A stretch of 61,726 bases of DNA, filler included, from Rhabdomonas costata (Eukaryota), in assembly GCA_019059605.1 (NCBI GenBank). It is 25 parts of 25 records of this genome, joined end to end, with 100 filler letters (N's around TTAATTAATTAA, not from the genome) between each part and the next. Parts side by side here need not be neighbours in the genome. Positions count along the whole stretch, not along the records: positions 49,523 to 51,894 come from JAHMHO010003780.1; positions 51,995 to 54,343 come from JAHMHO010003781.1; positions 54,444 to 56,809 come from JAHMHO010003782.1; positions 56,910 to 59,261 come from JAHMHO010003783.1; positions 59,362 to 61,726 come from JAHMHO010003784.1; 20 more parts are not named here. One strand, given 5' to 3'. The notes under the pieces were generated by a model. It was not told the origin of the DNA, did not search any database, and was given only the letters and a program-made list of their open reading frames with translations. Shown here piece by piece: positions 51,168 to 61,726 of this stretch (positions are counted from its first letter, which is position 1; each line of letters opens with the position of its first letter). The position numbers and the translations under genes are program-made.

Positions 51168-52001
51168 TGCGGGGCGAAGAGTGGGAGGGGGTGCACCGGA
51201 GGTAAGACACACACACACGCACGCACGCACTTGGTGCACTTGGCAAGGATGTTTTTTCTGGGGAGGACTCGAGGTCCACTTCCCCCCTGGGATCCCACCT
51301 TTCGATGGGGCATGCCCATCGGGCCTCACACCCTTGTCGGCCCATGGTACCTTGTCCCGCTGTCATGTCACGTAGGGTTGGTTTATCCCATGTGACCCCC
51401 GATCCGCAGTGGGAACCCCGATTGGCGCGTATAGAGATCTCTTTGTGGGTACCCAACCTTCCGCGCTCGTACATTTCCTTTTGGGGGCTATTGCCCTTGT
51501 GGGTTTGGGTCCTCCTCCATCCCACTCCAGGCTTAGACCCGCTTTCCTGGTGGACGGGCATGGTTATCTTACAATGTCCCTGCTGCAATCTGGGCTTCGC
51601 TTCTCTCCACTCTCCACTTGCCCGGGCATCCCTTCGTGCCTTGTGCCCTCCGTATTGCTTCCTCACTCCCTCTCTGGTCCCCCGCTTCTCGCTGCCATTC
51701 TCCCCTTCTCTCGTGCTGACCCGGGCTGCTCCTGTCCCACCGCTGGCTTTCCGCTCCTCGCTGCCACTCGCCACTTCTTGTGGGCTCCTTTTCTCGCCTG
51801 CTCCAGCCTGCCCTCACACTCCCTCTTCTTCCACACACACACTTTGTGCACTTGGCCGGGACCACACACACACACACACACACACACCAACACANNNNNN
51901 NNNNNNNNNNNNNNNNNNNNNNNNNNNNNNNNNNNNNNTTAATTAATTAANNNNNNNNNNNNNNNNNNNNNNNNNNNNNNNNNNNNNNNNNNNNTTTGTT
52001 G

Positions 52002-52108
52002 TGGACCGGATGGCACTTTCCCATTGCATTATTTCTTGATAGAAAGCCACCGGAGGCACAACTCTTTCGATCAAGAAATAATGCAATGGGAAAGTGCCAT
52101 CCGGTCCA
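52002..52108. repeat. 39-bp perfect inverted repeat (52002-52040 / 52070-52108) at a contig start
   Basis: Exact reverse-complement arms, extendable by about 6 bp with one mismatch. Confidence 0.9.
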
Positions 52109-52434
52109 GAACGATTCAAACAAGCACTCACAATCCGCTTCTGTTGAACGAAAAGAATGCAAGAATGAAAGCACGCCCCCCGAAAAAAAGGAGGCCGGAA
52201 GGAGAGGAGCAGGGGAACTTAATTTCAAAATATTACACCAGATTATCCCGTCCTTTTCGTATCTTTAGTAGCATTTATTAGCATTATTTATATTGGGATC
52301 GCCAAGTCAGGTGGTGTAAAAACGCAACTGACGGGTTGTGTATGACGCAAGGATATCTCAACAGGGTTCGGTCCATTTGAGCAAACTAGTTCAAGCCCAA
52401 AAGCATAAGAAATACGGGTACAGCAGCTTCACAC

Positions 52435-52714
52435 CTGTTGAGAGGCCGGCTCGCGTGGGGGGCGACATCTGGGTGGCCCATTGCAGGGCAAGGCCGTCTG
52501 GGCTGAGCCAGAGCCACTTCTTTGCAGCCTTGGCATTGCTCCGGTTGTACCTAAGGTGTGTGTGTGTGCGCGCGCACACAAAACACCGAACTCGAGCATT
52601 GGGCGCGCGGACACACACATACACACATACGCACACTTTACACTGGGCATATGGTGGCCCCTTGTGTGCCCCTCTGGCAGGTGAGCCACACGTTTGCCCA
52701 AAGATGCGCTGAAC
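52435..52714 (-). CDS. PH-like domain (PLC-type), partial; two exons ~52714-52637 and ~52550-52435
   Basis: Spliced RGHHMPSVKYNRSNAKAAKKWLWLSPDGLALQW fits the G..M.K......K.R...LS.D...L.W pattern. Confidence 0.55.
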
Positions 52715-53959
52715 TGCGCGAGCTCCCAAACAAATTCACGAAGCACGAATTCAGACAAATACAGCGGCTCAGCCGAAATCATTCACAAGCAGAACGCACT
52801 TCTGCCTACTTCCCATTTCTGTGTTTGCCCTGACTTCTGTTGGGTCAGCCAGATCAGTCCGAATCGACGAAAAAAGTTGTAAACAGAAACTTCTGCATAA
52901 AGAAAAAATCCCATCTCACTCTTCCATTCTGCATGCTCCCGTTAGAGGGGGAGATTCTGTCCACCTAACGTTGTGAATTCCCCTTGAGAGGGTACCCCGC
53001 ACCAGTTTCCTTTTTTCTTCCATGGCATGAAAGGATCCAGTTATGGGGAAACGACTGATATGCAGGCGCATTACTCATCACCAGCAGGGGTTTGCGAGTC
53101 ACTGGGGGTGGACTTGGACGTACTTGAGGACAGGACAGCCCTGGCGCAGAGTCTGAAGGGCTGGCCTGCTGGTTCCCAGGGGAAGCTGAGGCCTCGGCTG
53201 CTGGCCAGCAGCTTGAGGCTTCGAGGGCGGGAAAACCGACGAGGGTGTTGGCGCGGTGATCGAGATCTGCGGCTGAAGCGAGATATGTGCCAGGAACAAC
53301 GCGGTACCCAGAAAATGAAAGGGGTCGTACCAGAAACCTTCGCAGCTTCAAATGGACAAGGTTGAAAGGGGGTTTCGAAAACATCTGAGAATAGAGGCTT
53401 CACCATCCAGACAAAAACAAATGTGTGTTGTTTTCCTTCTCTCTGTAAGTGCAAACGGGCTTTAAAAAAATAAGCAGACCTTTGAGGATTCAGATGGGTT
53501 GCCACCGGCACCGGCGGGAGCGACTCCAGCATCTGGTTCAGAAGAGCGGAAATAGGAAAGTGTGACGTCTAGATAAAGAGAATCCAGAAGCAGCTAGGGT
53601 AGCTCATGTGTGAGTGTACGTATGACTAGCAACCGGTGGCTGTACCAGCGAGATAATTCTAAGAAGAGAGCCGATGACTGTGGGAAGGAAACCGAAAACG
53701 ATGAACCTAGATCGAACTTCAATGTACATTTGATGGCTGTTAGCTGGACATTTTCATGTTGCAATCTCTGCAAGTTGCTGGAGAAGAAGAAGTTGGACCT
53801 TGTGGGGGCGTTGCAGCTTTTCCGCCGTTCTCTACAGGAGGAGGTTGGGGACCAACTTCCCGCTGTGATCTAGCTTCGGGTCTGAAGCGCACAAAAGTTG
53901 GGTTCAAGGAGGTGTGAGGGGTGAGGTGGACACTACCTGGTGCAGTTTGATGATGCATC

Positions 53960-54204
53960 TCTGTGGCCGTATTATGGTAGGTATTATCCAAAACAACTAA
54001 AGAAGGAATGACGGTCAACAGCCTGGCTTTGAAATGCGATTGGCCTCTAAAACGGACAATAGAATTGCAATGCTCGGAATATGGTATGCTATGCATCTTA
54101 TACATAAGAGGCTCAACGGAATATTCGTGCCGCTGGAACAATTGAATCCTTGGTGCTGTCGACCTCATCCGATCCCGATTCGACACTAGCGATCCACTGA
54201 TCAC
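53960..54204 (-). other. Possible SNM1/Artemis (beta-CASP) nuclease fragment
   Basis: HSIPYSEHCN resembles the family PYSEHS motif and is followed by TVIPSL and LDNTY; context is unclear. Confidence 0.3.
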
Positions 54205-57200
54205 CCTGAACCAATCTCACTAATCACCAAAAGCAGGTTCGCAATTATTTGGTGTGTACACGAGTTGGCTGGGGTGTGGGGGGTGCATACGCCACAGAAG
54301 AGTCGATGGAGATGTCCCCAAAGTTGAGGGAGACAACCAACAANNNNNNNNNNNNNNNNNNNNNNNNNNNNNNNNNNNNNNNNNNNNTTAATTAATTAAN
54401 NNNNNNNNNNNNNNNNNNNNNNNNNNNNNNNNNNNNNNNNNNNTTTGTGGCATAAAAAATTGCTACTTAATCTGGAGGTTTGCGGAAGTGGTCATAGTGG
54501 CACGGAGCACGCTTTCACCAAATGAAAAATGGGGAAGAGAGTGCCTCTTCGATCGGTACCTGTCATCATCGGTGCCGGACGGTTACATGCATCATCACTT
54601 CAGCATGCATTCCCACAGTAGGGTAGTATCTCGCATTATCGTCCTTGGTTGGTATTGTATGCCCCCTCCGGGGAATTTTCGCGTCGGTTTATGTGTGGCG
54701 GTTTTTGCGCATTCGGATTGTGGTATTGGCTGTTTGGTTACCTTGTTTTACTGTGTTTGCTCAATTCTCGCCTGCGTTTATGTGGGGTTGAAATTTCGGA
54801 TGTCCGGGGTCGGGTTTTGTATGCGCTGGAATGTTGTGAAATCACCGGCGCTGGATTCTGGACTGTTGGGTTGATCTTGGTGTCTGTCAGTACCGTGATT
54901 GCTCCGTCTTCCGTTGACGTTGTTGTGTCGTGTGGTAGCATGGTAGCAGTTGTGGTTGGATGGAAGCGCAAGCATCTTGGCATCTGTCACCATTCCACTA
55001 GAATTCCCATAGCATGCTAGAGTGAGAAATCCAACTTATGGGGTTAGATTAGGGATTTTGCTGATGCCACTGCGCTCCGTCCGCTCATATGGCATTCCTA
55101 CTCCGTACGGCTCCGTTGCTACGCTCCGACCCATGATCTTGCTACCACTTGTGCTAATTCCGAACGCCTCGTGGTGACGAGGGGTTCCTACTCCGCTAGG
55201 CTCCGTGCCATCCACATCTACGCCTCAGATGTCCATCCCCACACACCTACCTGTGCTGAAGTTATTCGCTACGGCTACGCCAGGACTGAGCGAAGCGTAC
55301 TGACAATCATAGCTCGCGTGGTGCGGGGCCCCGCTAGTAAGAGTGACGCCGCATCTTCGCATAAGCAAAAAAGGCCGGTATGTCCGAATTCCCATGCCAT
55401 CGGGTTGGACTTTGGTTGGCCCTGAGGTCGCGGAAATATATGAACTTGCCCGCGCTCTGGAAGGGCTCGTTCCACTCAAGCCCATATGGCTTGGCTTCCG
55501 GCTTTGCGTGTTCTCCGTGGCGTCTCCGTAGCAGTCTTCACCCGATGCCAACGCCAAGTATGAAGCTAGGAACGACACTGGCTATGGGCACTTCGCAGAT
55601 AGACAGAAAACGGAAGCCTTACAGAGGCATAGTAATTGGATACGCTTCTTTTCATCAATCCATTGTTTTACCCTAGTTTTGGCCCTGATCGCAATAAAGG
55701 TTTTTCAAAATTTGGCACGCCGCCTACCATAAAAGTCTGCGTTGACCTCATCAGTAGCGGCTTTCTGAATATTTATTTGAACGAAGCGGCGGGCACAAAT
55801 TCAGAAAGTTCGCGCCGGCAAAACGGACGAAAGGAGGGAATGGGCACCCCGGCAAGGAATCAGGTCGGTTCGCAACACGGGAACCGCGGGTTCATACAGG
55901 AGCCGTTTTGCCAAACTGAACGCGGTAACATTGCAGCACCACCAGCCGACAGAATCTCTTGCAGCATTTCTTGGGGATTCGTCTTATTTGCGCGGTGCGC
56001 GCCATCGAGGGGTAAAACGACCAACCCGAGGGTTGAAACGAAGCGGGCTGCACCTCCTCTTGCCCGAACTACTGTTCCAACCATTGTTCCGTGACTCGTT
56101 TTCTTTTTATCAAAGGCGTTCCGATTCTGAGAAGAAGCCAGGCAGCCGTTTCACATAGCGATGCTAGGAGTGGGCTATTACGTCAATGTTTTGTGAGTCT
56201 CTGTAATGTGTAGGGGTTTCAGTGTAAGTGTTTCAGCTCATGTGCAATCTTCTTGTTAGGGGGTTACGGTACTCGTACCCATGAGCACTATGCGCAAGCG
56301 TACAGGCGCGAAGCTGTGTTGAAGGGGGAACGGTTTCCATAATCGCAATGCCGGACAGGACATCTTCCGGATGAGAATGATGTGCCTTACTCTTGCGATG
56401 TGAAGGTCCTGCGACGAAAGCTGAAGTAACCCAATCAAACCGTGAAGCAAAGTACACCGGCAAGACACGGAGGCAGCTGAGTGAGGGAAACCAAATGTCA
56501 GAAAAGTCAGCATTTCAAGGTGGACCTGAGAAAAACACAACACACTCAATCAACTCATCGCCATAAAAAAGCAGGAATATATAACTCGCACAAATAAGTG
56601 TGCTGGCGAATACACCTCAGATTCTCAGTGTTCCGGCTTACTATTACTATGCAACGAATACCTTTCACCAGCTGCAAAATGCAAAAGGTCTTTCTCGACA
56701 CGCAGTCACATCCTAGGCAGGCAAGCGCCAAATTCTGGGGGGAAAAGAGTATAAAAACTAAGGTATGTGATGTCCCTATGAAGTGCATGGCGACGCTGAC
56801 CCACCCCCCNNNNNNNNNNNNNNNNNNNNNNNNNNNNNNNNNNNNNNNNNNNNTTAATTAATTAANNNNNNNNNNNNNNNNNNNNNNNNNNNNNNNNNNN
56901 NNNNNNNNNTGTTGGTGTGCGTGATGTGATTTTCGGTTTTTTCGTTTTGTTGCTTCTGGGGTTTCCTCTTCTGTGTGATACACCTTTCCTAGTTCCCAGG
57001 CTGGGACAGGAGAAATCAGAACTTGTCATTAATCATTTTTTGAGGGGGGGAGGGGGTCTTCTTTTTGGCTTGGTTTTGGGCCAGCTCCGCAGCAGTAGCA
57101 GCAGCAGCAGCCGTGCTGGTTTGCCTGTTGTCCTTGCGGCAATAGTTTGGTGTAGTTCTTTGGCTTCTCCTATCGCTCCATTTTTTCTTCGATTTTTTGG

Positions 57201-57619
57201 TCTGCAATCATGACTGCCCCCCAGCTCGGTATTTATTCGCACACCATTCGCAAATGTGGATGGTCCCATCCCGAAACAACCTCACCACCTTCATCCCCCC
57301 CCCCCCGAAAAGTCAGTTTTGAGGTAGGTCTAAATGCGAAGTTCTTGTCCCAAAATGACGCACGAGGGGAAGAGGAACCGATATGCCGAATTATTTGCCT
57401 TTTCAGGATCCTTTTTTTTTTAGTTTTGTCAGGTTGTGCTCACAAGCGCTCCTTCGGCTGGCATTCTGGATCTCCTTTCCTGTTTTCCTTCCGCCCCTCG
57501 TCCCACGTACAGCTTCTTGGCTTCAGTGCAGTGTCTCGCGGACCAGTGGACAACGAAAACTTGCTGCTGCCTCCGTGTTGGTTTGCAAAAAAAGAAAATT
57601 CTTTTCAGCTGTAGTTAGT

Positions 57620-58716
57620 GGAATAAACGTGTTCTCTTTGCCGCTCCAACAAGGCCATTTCCTGCTCCAAGGCGGAGCGAACCAGGAAAACCCAAAAAAA
57701 TACTCCATTATTTCGGGGAGTTGATCAGGGTACTCCCAGGGTACTCCCAGCGCAGCACCTCACATCGGGTATCGGACGACACAGACACACAGCCCGAAAA
57801 CGAGGAATCTAATGAAGGCGTCATGAAGGGTTCCACACAAAAACACAAAAAGCAGAAAGTGGAAACAAGCTCCCCGCCCACACAGAAGTGAGAAAGAACC
57901 TATCAAAATCGCAACACTCTCGGTCGCAGCCGTGAACTCCTCCAGAGCCTGCTTCGCATCCCCCACCGTCTCTATCGAGGCATTGTCATCCCCCTCAAAC
58001 ACCACCACAAGCACGGAGGGGTGAGAGCGATCCCCCGAGGCCAGAAACTGGCGTATTCCGCTGCAGATGCCGTGGTACAGTGCGGTGTTTCCGGCGCACA
58101 AAGAGCGGAACTGAGCGAGCGCAGAGTATGCCTTCCCAGCGCTAAGCTCGCGCAGCTCCAAGAACCTCAGCTCCGTGCTGAACGACGCCAACGAGCAGGT
58201 GTCTCCCGGGACACCAACGGAGGATAGAATTAGTGCCCCAACGGCGTCCACGGCGTTGTCGATGCGTGGGCTCCCAGGCTTGGATGCGCTGCGCATCCCA
58301 GGATTTGTGAAGGGCCCGGGGGTTCCGCCGCCTTCCATCCGGCGTTGCCGATCGGCACGCCCGCACTCTGGGGAGCAGTAGTTGAACCCAGGAGTGCACG
58401 GCTTCTGCTGGCAGTACGTGCAAGAGGCAGGGACACCACCGGGACCGGCGGCACGAGCCGCTCGTCGGGCCTGAATACCGCAGTCACGCGAGCAGAAATC
58501 GAACCCAGGCGTGCAGGGCTTCCGGTGACAGTGGCTGCATAGGTGTGGTAAGTGCCCGTGTCCATGTCCTTGCCCACGCCCATGCCCATGCGTGCGAGTT
58601 GCTGCGGTGGCTTGGTGACCACACTCTCGGCTGCAAAAGGCAAAGCCTGGGTTGCAGGGTTTCATTTGACACCAAGTGCACATTTTGGTCGAGCATGTCG
58701 AGCTTGAAGATCCCAT
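57620..58716 (-). CDS. Predicted N-myristoylated protein with three Cys-rich repeats and a divergent vWA domain; main exon 58716-57900, probable further exon ~57690-57610
   Basis: MGSSSS start; CxxCxxKPCxPGFx(F/Y)CSxxCG x3; AGNTALYHGI and VLVVVFEGDDNAS resemble vWA GxTALYDAI and VLTDGEDNAS. Confidence 0.75.
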
Positions 58717-59181
58717 CCTGTTGCCGTTTGTCAAAAGAGAAAAAGCCCTGCAAGAGGGGGTGATACCACCCTGCCTCAACTCCCCTCTCACAGCTGCAAG
58801 AGCACACAGTTCTCAGGTCTAGGTGGAATGTGTGGGTGGGAATGTGACCGGCTAAACACATTAAAACACCTGAAATCATCAGGATGACTCCGTAAAATTC
58901 CAGCGAGACCCTCCCTTTGGCTCCATTTATTTCTGTGCCTATTTCATCTGGTTGCATAAACCACGTTAATGGGCGATAATGAACGCTCACGCCCCACGAC
59001 AGAGCCAAACTTCCTCAGTAATACTGTAAAGGCAAGAATTGATGCATTGTCCAGGATCCACTGCTGTTTACAAGCCCAAACAAAACCGTGGAGCACAACA
59101 AAATGGAAATGCTGTGGTGTGCATCATCGGAGTGTTCCAGAAGCTGAACAAAAAACGCCAACTTGACCAGATAGAGTTTTT

Positions 59182-59235
59182 CTTTCATTTCATTTCATTT
59201 CATTTCATTTCATTTCATTTCATTTCATTTCATTT
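59182..59235 (+). repeat. (TTTCA)n pentanucleotide microsatellite
   Basis: About 10 tandem units. Confidence 0.95.
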
Positions 59236-59361
59236 CGGGCTAACACCCCAACCAACCACCCNNNNNNNNNNNNNNNNNNNNNNNNNNNNNNNNNNNNNNN
59301 NNNNNTTAATTAATTAANNNNNNNNNNNNNNNNNNNNNNNNNNNNNNNNNNNNNNNNNNNN

Positions 59362-60226
59362 GTGTGGTGGGGTAGAGGCCAGCCATGGGGTGGGAAAGGT
59401 GCTGCCGGGAGGGCACAGCAGAGTGCACCCCTGTCAGAGGGACCAGCGCCATATCCGAGGGCTTCGGGTCCCTGTCTGAAGAGACAGTGGGGGCTGAAGC
59501 TGGAGGTTGGGAAGCCATGGGGTAGGAGGAGTAAGACGAGATCTCCAGAGACGGAACCCGGGCGGAGGGCTGCACTCGGGCAGAGGAGCTGTCGGAGAGA
59601 AAGCTGCTGTAGGTCATGGCCCCACCTCTTACGGGAGCCAAGGGGATGCGCACCGGTGGGCGAGGAGGCGGTACCTCCGCGCCCAGACCCAGGGAATCAA
59701 ACCACTGCTCAAACCACCGGGTTCTCTCAAATGAGCTGTTGAAGTGCACGGGGGGCTTGGGGTCGAACAGACCGAGTTCAGTCTGAACCTCGTGCAGGCG
59801 TGACTGAAGATAGTCCGAAGCCGCACCCCCGGGCTCTGACAGAAGGGCATCCCGCTCGGCATTAAGCTGATCGTACCGGCACTCCAGCGAGTACCCCATC
59901 GTGATCCCCGCAAGCCGAACCATGTCCTGGTACGCCAGACGCGAAGTCGGGTTGGCCGCCAGGAAAGGTCCCGCAAGAAACTCCTTCGCGGGCGATGCGC
60001 CTGCCCCGGGCTTCCCCGCAGCTGCCCCCCCAAACCGCACTAGCATCGCCGTCATGTTGTCCGTGCTGCCCTGCCGCAGCGCTTCATCGCTCAGCGCGGC
60101 CATCACCCGGCCCCCCTCCTGGCCCTGCCGCAGGTAGTGCGACACGAACTCCACCAGCCGCTCGTTGGTGAAGGCTCGCCCGAACAGCCCGTCGCAGGCC
60201 ACCACCACGAAGTAGTCCGAGTGGAA
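59362..60226 (-). CDS. PP2C (PPM) phosphatase C-terminal part with kinetoplastid-style extension and Ser/Pro-rich tail
   Basis: YFVVVACDGLF...ALRQGSTDNMTAMLVRF are PP2C motifs 8 and 11; then EFLAGPF...AYQDMVRLAGITMGYSLECRYDQL. Confidence 0.9.
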
Positions 60227-61200
60227 CAGAAAGGGTGCCTTAACAAAGGTGAGGGTCATCCCCAAACCGGCAATACGGAAGTTTGTTGCAGTCTTTAGTG
60301 TGCGAATCTTGGGAATTGCGTCCACCGAGTCGTTGGAGGATATGTTGACCCGAGCCAGCGGATCGAGCTGAACTCTCAGCTCTCGGAAGGTGCGCAGCAA
60401 ATGGCTGTCCCCAAAAACTGCAACTCGCTTTCCACGCAGACAGTAGCTTGCTCTCCAGGGCTGCGAGAAAAGGTCAAAACAGCTCAAAAGGGATACTCGC
60501 ACCTTGCGCATCTTTCCAAAACACGCTACAGACTGTAATACTGATGGGTCGTGTTAAAATGACACAATTTTTATGATGAGGACTTGCTTGTGAATACAGA
60601 AGGCAAAAGCGGTGTCACGTTCAGTTTTATTTGACCCTACGTGCATGGAATCGCTACCAGAGACATGAACATACATGACATGACATAGTGATGAAGTGAA
60701 AATTCAGTTGCGTTTGCAGCGTTCAAAAATGTAATGAAAAGTGCAGGATCTCACCAAGGTCTTGTGTTTCCTGCAACCCAGGTCAAAAACGACGAGCATA
60801 AACAAACACTGAAAATTTGCATTTAAAACTTCACCACAAATTTCATTTGTGTAGAAGGACTGTGAGAGTGAAGGGGGGGGGGGTCAAAACCTTGTAAATG
60901 CAGCCAACTGGAGTCCATGTTTGACCAACCCATCGGCCAGGGTGACTTCCACCCTTGCAGCTGTCCAACTCTGAGTCAGTCATGCTCATGGAAGCAGAAC
61001 AGGACACGGTAAACGGGCTGGACACCAAAGGTGCATAGAGCAGAGGAGGCCAAGCTGCCAGATAGGACACTTCGTCCAACATGGCATAGCCTGTGAACAT
61101 CCAGTCAGCCGTCACTGTGTAAGTCCCCGCAGAAAACAGCTGTGAAAGAGCCGCATTCACCAAAGCTGCGGATGAGAAAACAGGCTCATCTCGTTGTACG
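60227..61200 (-). CDS. PC-esterase/NXPE/TBL-type SGNH protein, N-terminal part; exons ~61200-60891 and 60460-60227, continuous in frame with the PP2C part
   Basis: CKGGSHPGRWVGQTWTPVGC, CLRGKRVAVFGDSH and LTFVKAPFL match the G.W, W.P..C, L.GK...F.GDS and F...PFL motifs of the family. Confidence 0.8.
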
Positions 61201-61726
61201 CTGCTCTTTCTCTTTCTCCTTCGAAGAATGCTTGTAGTACCCACAACCAGGATTATTCCAGATGTTGGGCGATGGAATAGGAGTGGATGAGTGATCACTA
61301 TCCAGCGGCCTGGATAGCGGGGGGGGGGGGCCTTCGCCTAACGACGGTACAGAAATTTCTAACACATTTTCGGCGATGCTTTGAACTTTTGGGTGGAGTT
61401 TATTTGTGCTTGTCCGCGATGTCTTGGTCCGCGCAGCCCAGGTGCTAGTGCACCGGAGTCTCTTAGGGGGTTAGGGGGCGGTGCACGTGTTTCGATATAA
61501 AAAAGTTTACAGCTATCACTATAAACTTTTTTCTATGGGGAAAATTTTATATCACCGCTAAAAGAGAGGGGCCTGCTAACAAAAAAATCAACCAGACTCA
61601 ACTGTTTGTCTATGCATGAAAACCAAGATCACCGCAGAGAGAAAAAGGTGAAACAAATAATTCATACCTCATAGTGAGAATGATAATCGCAGCCTTGAAC
61701 AAAGTGCGTATCTGCCAACCACCCAC

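Noticed and set aside
2370..59361. Regularly spaced identical TTAATTAATTAA units resembling a repeat array or CRISPR
   Set aside because: They are embedded in N runs and are artificial six-frame-stop linkers; the spacing only reflects contigs of similar length.
1..61726. A multi-gene system or cluster formed by neighbouring genes (for example cyclase plus hemerythrin)
   Set aside because: The neighbours lie on different contigs, so adjacency is an artefact of concatenation.
1..61726. Stop-codon reassignment or alternative genetic code
   Set aside because: The conserved exons I reconstructed are open under the standard code; apparent in-frame stops fall in introns or decayed elements.

Overview
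This window is not one locus. It is 25 unrelated contigs of about 2.35-2.48 kb joined by 24 artificial 100-nt spacers (N44-TTAATTAATTAA-N44), so gene neighbourhood across spacers means nothing. Most contigs begin with a G/T-only run and end with an A/C-only run, which looks like degenerate-primer whole-genome amplification. The DNA comes from an intron-rich eukaryote, most likely a euglenozoan and probably a euglenid (inference from GTG/GTY-type splice donors, a kinetoplastid-style PP2C tail, axonemal dynein and a CEP131-like gene). By joining GT-AG exons by hand I could rebuild partial genes for: a CAMK/SnRK-type kinase, an Ariadne RBR E3 ligase, a DnaJ protein, a C2H2 zinc-finger protein, an LRR protein, a soluble (ADCY10-type) adenylyl cyclase, a hemerythrin-like domain, Grp170/HYOU1, eIF2-gamma, a sulfatase, an mRNA-capping guanylyltransferase C-terminus, an ankyrin+MIB/HERC2 protein, a CEP131-like protein, a TM/Cache-type sensor, a Kelch/Asp-box propeller, a dynein heavy chain, a PH-domain protein, a Cys-repeat/vWA protein and a PC-esterase/PP2C in-frame fusion. 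Decayed Ty3/gypsy and possible non-LTR remnants are also present. I found no CRISPR array, rRNA or tRNA, and I cannot support a new multi-gene system. The best leads are unusual domain architectures, two dispersed short motifs shared between contigs, and CpG-type decay in a retroelement. All family assignments are by motif recognition, not database search.
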